Shown one piece after another: positions 54,064 to 64,000 of a DNA stretch of 64,000 bases. The stretch is taken from positions 682,001 to 746,000 of the forward strand of contig JBBPEB010000027.1 in NCBI GenBank assembly GCA_039096225.1, given 5' to 3'. The position numbers and the translations under genes were made by a program. Position 1 is the stretch's first letter; each line of letters starts with the position of its first letter. The stretch is from Blastocystis sp. Blastoise (taxonomy: Eukaryota > Protista > Bigyra: Opalinata). The notes under the pieces were generated by a model that searched no databases, was not told where the DNA came from, and saw nothing but the letters and a program-made list of their open reading frames with translations.

Positions 54064-54699
54064 TTTATTAATGTATATATATATATATGTTTTGAAAAAC
54101 ATTATTTTTATATTCATTAATATCAAGTATTTTGACGTTTCTATTTTTCTTTGTTTTATAATAAAGTGCCTTTATTTATTATAATTGATGATATTTAAAT
54201 ATTTATTTTGTGTTTCTGTTACTTAATTTTTAAATATTTGTTTTGTTTTATGCGCTTTCATTATTTTTATTTTATTTTGCTTGCAAATTTAACAAATTGA
54301 TATAGGGACGACCAATTAAAACAAGACAATATAAAGTTCTCCAAGAAATATTAGGATCAAACACGAATTTTTTTTTCTCTTAGATACTCTTAAAAATATC
54401 ACAGAGCCATTCCTTACGATCCTTAGACTATAGGACATAGCAAGAAAATAAAACTATTCCAGCAAAAGACATGAAAGAACGATTTCTAACTTTTTCTATT
54501 CTTTTGGGAAACTGTGTTTTTTCAGGATTATTTTCAATCTTTTTCAGACAAACAGATACAGAGTTTGAGAAGTATTCAGTTCAAATGACACAATTTTCAG
54601 CGTTTTTTTTTGTTTTTTCTCTTTTTAAAGCTATTCTTTTTTGTGTGATTTATTCGTTTTTCTGTTCCTAATTGAACTTTAAAAAACCCTACTTACACG

Positions 54700-56164
54700 A
54701 TGTCGCAAGAAATAGATCAAAATTATCTTGAAAATCAAGAAGGAGAATATGATGAATCGATGGATTCCTCTTATGCATTTCAAGAAAAATCATTTCAGAT
54801 ATGGTATGGTATCAACAGTTTATCAGCCATTGTCAATCCTGTTGCTATTACTATGTTACTGACAAGGTATTTCATATTTGTCTTTATTACTATTTAGAAA
54901 ACTATTTGCAAAAATATTAGATATCCTTATTTTGTTTCTGTCTTTTAATCACTTTTTAAATTAATATATATATAGTATATTAGTATCCGTTGTTCGTCCT
55001 TCTGGATTTGTTGAATCTCTCCAACAAGGAATGAATGTGTATATGGTATTTAAGGAGTCTACAGCTGATGTCGGTACCTCTATCTGGCAGGCGGTTATTA
55101 ATGCTCTTGTTATGATTCTTGGAATAGGATGCCTTACTTTCATTATTGTACTTCTCTATAAATATAGATGCATTAAAGTATACGAAACAAATACATTATT
55201 TTTATTATAATATATATATACTTAATATTTTTATTATATATATATGTTTTTATTTATTATTATTTGTTCATTATTTTTTAAAACTATTATTTATATATAT
55301 AATTATTATTAGTTCATTATTTAGTATTTCTATTATATATATATATATAGGTATTATATGGTCTTCTTTACTTTTCTACCTTTTCTGCCCTCGGTTACAC
55401 TGGCGGGTTTATTACCTATATGTGTTTTACTCAGTACAAGATACGCTGGGACGTCATCTCACTGATATTTGTGTTCTATAACTTCGGTGTGTGTGGAGTT
55501 ATTGCTATTTTTTATGGGGTAATTCTATATATATATATATATTCTATTATACTATAATTATTTTAATATCATTTATAATAAGTATCATTATTTTTATTCT
55601 TTTTATATATATAGTACCTTCCTAAGTTGGCCGTCAAAGCTTATTTAATTATTATCTCTGTTATTGTCGGATATCTACTCTCTTTCTTCCCTTATGTATA
55701 TATATATTCTTTTTATCTTATATATATCTACTCTCTTTCTTCCCTTATGTATATATATATTCTTTTTGTCTTTTATATATATCTATTCTCTTTCTTCCCT
55801 TATGTATATATATATTCTTTTATATATATATATATCTAGTCTCTTTCTTCACCTATATATATATTTGTATTCTCTAAATATTCTTTCTTATCTATATATA
55901 TCTTCTCTCTCTATATATATATATATATATTGGACTACCTGGTGTTTATTGTTAGCTCTCGCTCTCTATGATATTCTCGCAGTTCTTACTCCCTGCGGAC
56001 CTCTTAAATTACTAGTGAATATAGCTAAGAATCGTGATGATCCTATACCCGGACTGTTATATGAAGCAGAACTAAATACAGGAAATAGGTATATATATAT
56101 ATATATATAGTATTATTATTATTACCATTATTATATATATAGAGGTGAAATATCTAGTCAAGAA

Positions 56165-56235
<71 letters not shown>

Positions 56236-57133
56236 AAGATATGCAAGAGGCTATTCAAGCTAGTTTAGATGTATATATATACTATACTATATATATATAC
56301 TATATATAGATACCATCGAATCTCACTCAGGAGCAGGTGCACGCTATTGCTGTAGAGAAGCTCCGATTGGAGGATCAACGTAACGGCATTAAACCCGAAC
56401 AAATTAAAATAATTCCTCAAAATGCTCCCCTACCTTCAGAGTCTGCTTTTTCTCCTGCGCCTACCGCCACTCCTCCCGCTACTTCCGCGAATAATGGGTC
56501 TTCTGATATAAATACTAATAAAATAACTACTTTTACCAATAATATCAATGAGTCTAATTGTGTTTCTCAGGATGGAACACAAATAGATTCCGAAAATGAA
56601 GAGGTTATAAATATGGAAGAAACAGAAGATTATGGTGCTCCAAGCATCTTTGAACGAGAGAGTGTTCATCTTGGATTGGGTGATTTTATCTTCTATTCCC
56701 TTCTTGTGACTACCGCTGGTTATTATAGTATTGTACCTTATATTGCTTGCTTTGTTACTATTATTGCTGTATATATATAGTATTATAATTATTATTTCTA
56801 ACAATCATCTTCTATCCTTCTATATTTATCTATCTCTATCTATATCTATATCTATTTCTATTTCTATCTCTATCTCTATCTCTATCTCTATCTCTATCTC
56901 TATCTCTATCTCTATCTCTATATCTCTATCTCTATATTTCTATCTCTATCTCTGTCTCTATCTCTATCTATATAAAGGGTCTTCTTATTACTATGGCTCT
57001 CCTCTCTATATTGGAACATGCACTTCCCGCTCTTCCCTTCTCTATGGTACTGGGAGTATCTATGTACTTTATTGTGTACTATTTCTGTACGGATATGATT
57101 AACAGCTTTGCAGTCAATGGATATCTATGCTAA
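54700..57133 (+). CDS. PSEN: Presenilin (A22A intramembrane aspartyl protease), 9 exons
   Basis: NPVAITM, LYKYRC, WTTW..LYDILAVLTPCGPLKLLV, IPGLLYE, LGLGDFIFYSLLV, LPALP. Confidence 0.96.
56828..56968 (+). repeat. (TCTATC)n hexanucleotide intronic repeat
   Basis: Tandem TCTATC/TCTATA units in the last presenilin intron. Confidence 0.85.
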
Positions 57134-57481
57134 ACATATTCTATATATATATATAAAATTAATAAAAGAATAGATACATAATATTATATATATTCTTTTT
57201 GGACACCTTTATATCGTTTTATTTATATATATATATAAATCATTAATATATATCATAATTATATATATATATATTTCTTTTTTTTGCATTTCCTTTATAT
57301 GTATGCCATGTATATTTATAATATTCAATATATTCTCTTTTAATCATCACAATTATCTCTATATAACTGAGTTCTATTGTCTTTTCTAAATAATAAATTA
57401 ACATTTTTTTAAAAATTAATGGAGTTGTATTTAGTTTATAAAAATAATGAAACTATTTATGTATATACGAAACAATGACAG

Positions 57482-60625
<3,144 letters not shown>

Positions 60626-61252
60626 CGAAAAATACACTAATTACGTATAAATAATATAAATAATAATTGAAACTCTTTAAAAAATAATCGTAGTTTCTTT
60701 AAAAACAGAAGCTTTAAAAAAGAAATAATTTTTGGAGTGATTGTTTTTTATGTAAGAGTAGTTGATAACAATTTCATTTTTGAGGTCTCCTTGTAACGAA
60801 CACAAGTAATATGTTATAGAATAAAGAATTCTAAAAAAATATATGTTTTTCTTTTAATGGATTCTGTAAATTATAAATGAGAAATCATAGCTTCTAAAGG
60901 ATATACAACAAAAAGATTTATAGAATGAAAGGTTGTAGGACAATCAGTTTTTTAGATATTGCTCAATATACGTTATTTTTAATTATTTATTCGTGACATA
61001 TGTGGAATTGGATTATATATATGTATAATATTGTTGTTCAGAATGAATAACAATGAAATGAAAAAAAAATACTTGTTTTCAAAAGAGTATTGATTAATAA
61101 GAAATTTCGCTGCGAATAATACAAAAAACCATGATTTAAAGAAATACGAAAATACAAACAAAAGAGTAAAATTCATTTTTTAAAGGGTTTTTGTTCTAGC
61201 TTTTTGGCTTGAATATTCGAAGAAAGATATATACCATAGTTTAAAGAAAGAA

Positions 61253-62401
61253 ATGAGTTCATCAGAAAGTACGCCAGTTGGTGTGAAAGTACTTGCGGAT
61301 CATTTAGTTAAGGTTAAGCTTTCTTATGAAGGTATTTGATTGATTTTTAAAATGAAATATATATAGAGCAAATATACCAGCTATTAACAAAACTGAAAGT
61401 AGCAGATAAAGAAAACAAAGAATTGAAAAATACGTTGAATTCTATGGAAGAAGAGTTGGAAGAAAGACGAAGTGAATTATTTCAGTTGAAACGAGAATCT
61501 TCAGATCATTGGAGAATTGAGGAACGTGAGAATTGGAAAGCTGCGTTGAATCAAGTTCAAAGAGATCGTAAACGTTTGGCTGATGGTATGATTTCTCTAT
61601 TTCTTACATATCAATAATTGGATAAACAATATTTTATACTTATATATTTATTATTATAATATATAGAAAATACTCAATTAAAGAATGATGTAGAGAATTA
61701 TAAAAATAGAATTAATAATTTAGAAAAACAGGTATGTCTATAATTTTATATGTTTTAAAATAAATCCTTTATATGTATTATGTTATTATATATAGTTATT
61801 AGATCATGAATCTATTCCCGTGATAACATCTTTGAATTCCCTATCTCCTATGGTGAGTCCCGTGGTTATTGGACCTCCTCTTCTTTCTTCTAAAGATACT
61901 GATGAGAATAATGAAGAAGATATAGAGATTCCGAAACATAATATTCCTCAAGTAATAGATATTGATACAGAAAATAATAATATTAATAATAGTGAAAATA
62001 ATAATATTAATAATAATGAAGATAATAATACTAATAATGAAGATAATAAGAATAAAAATGAAATTATTAATAATAATGAAGATAATAATAATAATAATAA
62101 TGAAGATAATAAGAATAATAATGAAATTATTAATAATAATACTAATAATAATACTACTGATAATAGTGCTATTATGGATACTATATATCAAAAAGAAGAT
62201 AACTCTGAAAGTAGTGATGAAGAAGGTGTGACAACTATATATACTGCTTCTCAAGCTATAAATAATAATAATAATATCTCAGATAATAATAATAATAATA
62301 TCTCAGATAATAATAATAATAACACTAGATCTACGTTATTATTACCTCCAAATATCATTTTAAATGCTGTTTCTGAAGATATAAATGAAGATGAAGAATT
62401 A

Positions 62402-62432
<31 letters not shown>

Positions 62433-62925
62433 TTACATCTACTACTACTACTACTACTACTAATAATAATAATAATAAAGACAAGAGTAATGAATTGAAA
62501 GAAAAAGATGCCAAAATACAGTTATATAAGGAACAAATTATGAATTTAACAAATACGATCAAACAATTACAATCTGATATAAAGTATATATATATATAAT
62601 AATAATACTTATAATTATAATAATAATTATTATAGATATAACGAGTATACATATAATAAAGAAAAAGATGGTCTCATGGAACTGTTTAATGTATATATAT
62701 ATTCATATGCTATAAATATATATATAATTATTTATAGGAAAAAATAACTGATTATCAAAATTCTTTAGAAGTATATATATTTATAATTAATATATATATA
62801 TATATATATATATAGGCTTTAAAATTAAAATTAGATAGTGAGTTGGAATTAAAATGGGAATTACAACAACAATTAAAACAGGAAATTGAGAAGAATAAAG
62901 ATAATGGATTATTATCTTTCCTTTG

Positions 62926-63012
<87 letters not shown>

Positions 63013-63393
63013 CTCTTCTTGCTTTATATTCATTCTTTCTTTGTATATATCAAAATATCTATATTATTATAATTATATAATTACTTATTTAAACAGAAAA
63101 TCTCTTTTAATTTTTGAATTTTTATTGACGACTTTTTTCCTTTTTATTCTTTATTAGTATTAAATACTATATATTTTTTTATTTTGTTCCTATTTCAAGA
63201 TTTATATTAGTTGTTTATAAACTACTGTTTTCTTATTATCTTTATGGAAATCAATTTGTTCATATTTAATCTCTTCATTTTTTTCTATATATATATAATC
63301 TAAAAACATACACTTTCTCAATTTTTCAATTTTTCTCACTTGTAGTTAATATCGTGATATATATATATATATATAGGATATTTTTATAAATAG
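61253..63393 (+). CDS. Coiled-coil protein with Asn-rich low-complexity middle; 3' end uncertain (63010 or 63393)
   Basis: Continuous frame through six GT-AG introns. Heptad-rich segments (LKNTLNSMEEELEERR..; LKLKLDSELELKWELQQQLKQE). Confidence 0.7.
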
Positions 63394-64000
63394 AATTGCT
63401 ATTATTTGTTTTATGTCATTTGAAAATCTATTTTTGTTTTTGGTTTTCTTTTTTCTACATATATAAATAACACTTTCTTTTCTATTATGATTTACTTTGT
63501 TTTTCATTATTTACTCTCATTTTCAACATTTCTTAATGATCTATATTTGTATATTTCCATGATATGCATTTATCTATCATTTTGTAATATATATATATAT
63601 ATGCAGTATACAGTTTATACTATTTACTTTTTATATTCTATAAAGTTTTTATACATATATTCTTTACATATATGCGCTTTTTATAGCTTATATATATATA
63701 TCTGATATTTTTATAAGAGAAAAAAGAATATTGTTTATTAATATCGAAAACTGTTTATGATTATATATGTCAATAAACTGAAAATCGTACATGTGTAGTT
63801 TTAAAAAAATGAGAATATTATTAATATATGTAGTAAAAATGTCTAAAAATAAAACAAACAAACCTAATGTATTAAAAGAAAAAGAGAAAACAACAGTACA
63901 CACTCAAATATATAAAAGAAAATTTTATATAGCGTACATAATATTCTAAATTAAAAAAGAAAACTATAATTAAATACACACATAATTTGTATAAATAATT

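Noticed and set aside
61970-62480. Poly-Asn coding tracts (also 11640-11880 and 44490-44580)
   Set aside because: These are common low-complexity inserts in AT-rich eukaryotes.

Overview
Very AT-rich, intron-dense eukaryotic nuclear DNA using the standard genetic code. The gene content (BTB-like/LRR and BTB-like/TLDc families, short introns) suggests a protist, possibly a Blastocystis-like stramenopile; this is an unverified inference. By hand I can build 17 host protein-coding genes: C1-C2-TM-PH protein, GatB, SNU13, two BTB-like LRR paralogues, DUF1748, MFS, TLDc, rhodanese, insulysin, Ubl-Ubl-LRR, HMG-CoA synthase, V-ATPase H, SF3A3, presenilin, SEL1-repeat protein and a coiled-coil protein. 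DNA transposons include a nested hAT cluster containing an intact pogo-type element, an intron-containing hAT transposase and a 2.8-kb non-autonomous TIR element. Most short ORFs in the supplied track are microsatellite artefacts. The main signal concerns splicing. Introns are filled with, and sometimes made only of, (AT)n or (TTA)n repeats. About 9-10 of the roughly 130-140 introns I reconstructed are best explained by non-GT-AG ends (CT-AG, TT-AG, AT-AG, GT-AA, GT-AT, or a single shared G). For several of these I found no in-frame GT-AG solution; for others the GT-AG alternative damages the conserved protein. In every such case the odd base equals the base across the junction in the predicted mRNA, so the intron is flanked by a short direct repeat. 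This points either to an unusual repeat-guided splicing or mRNA-templated conversion process, or to an artefact of polishing the assembly with RNA reads. Raw genomic reads would decide.
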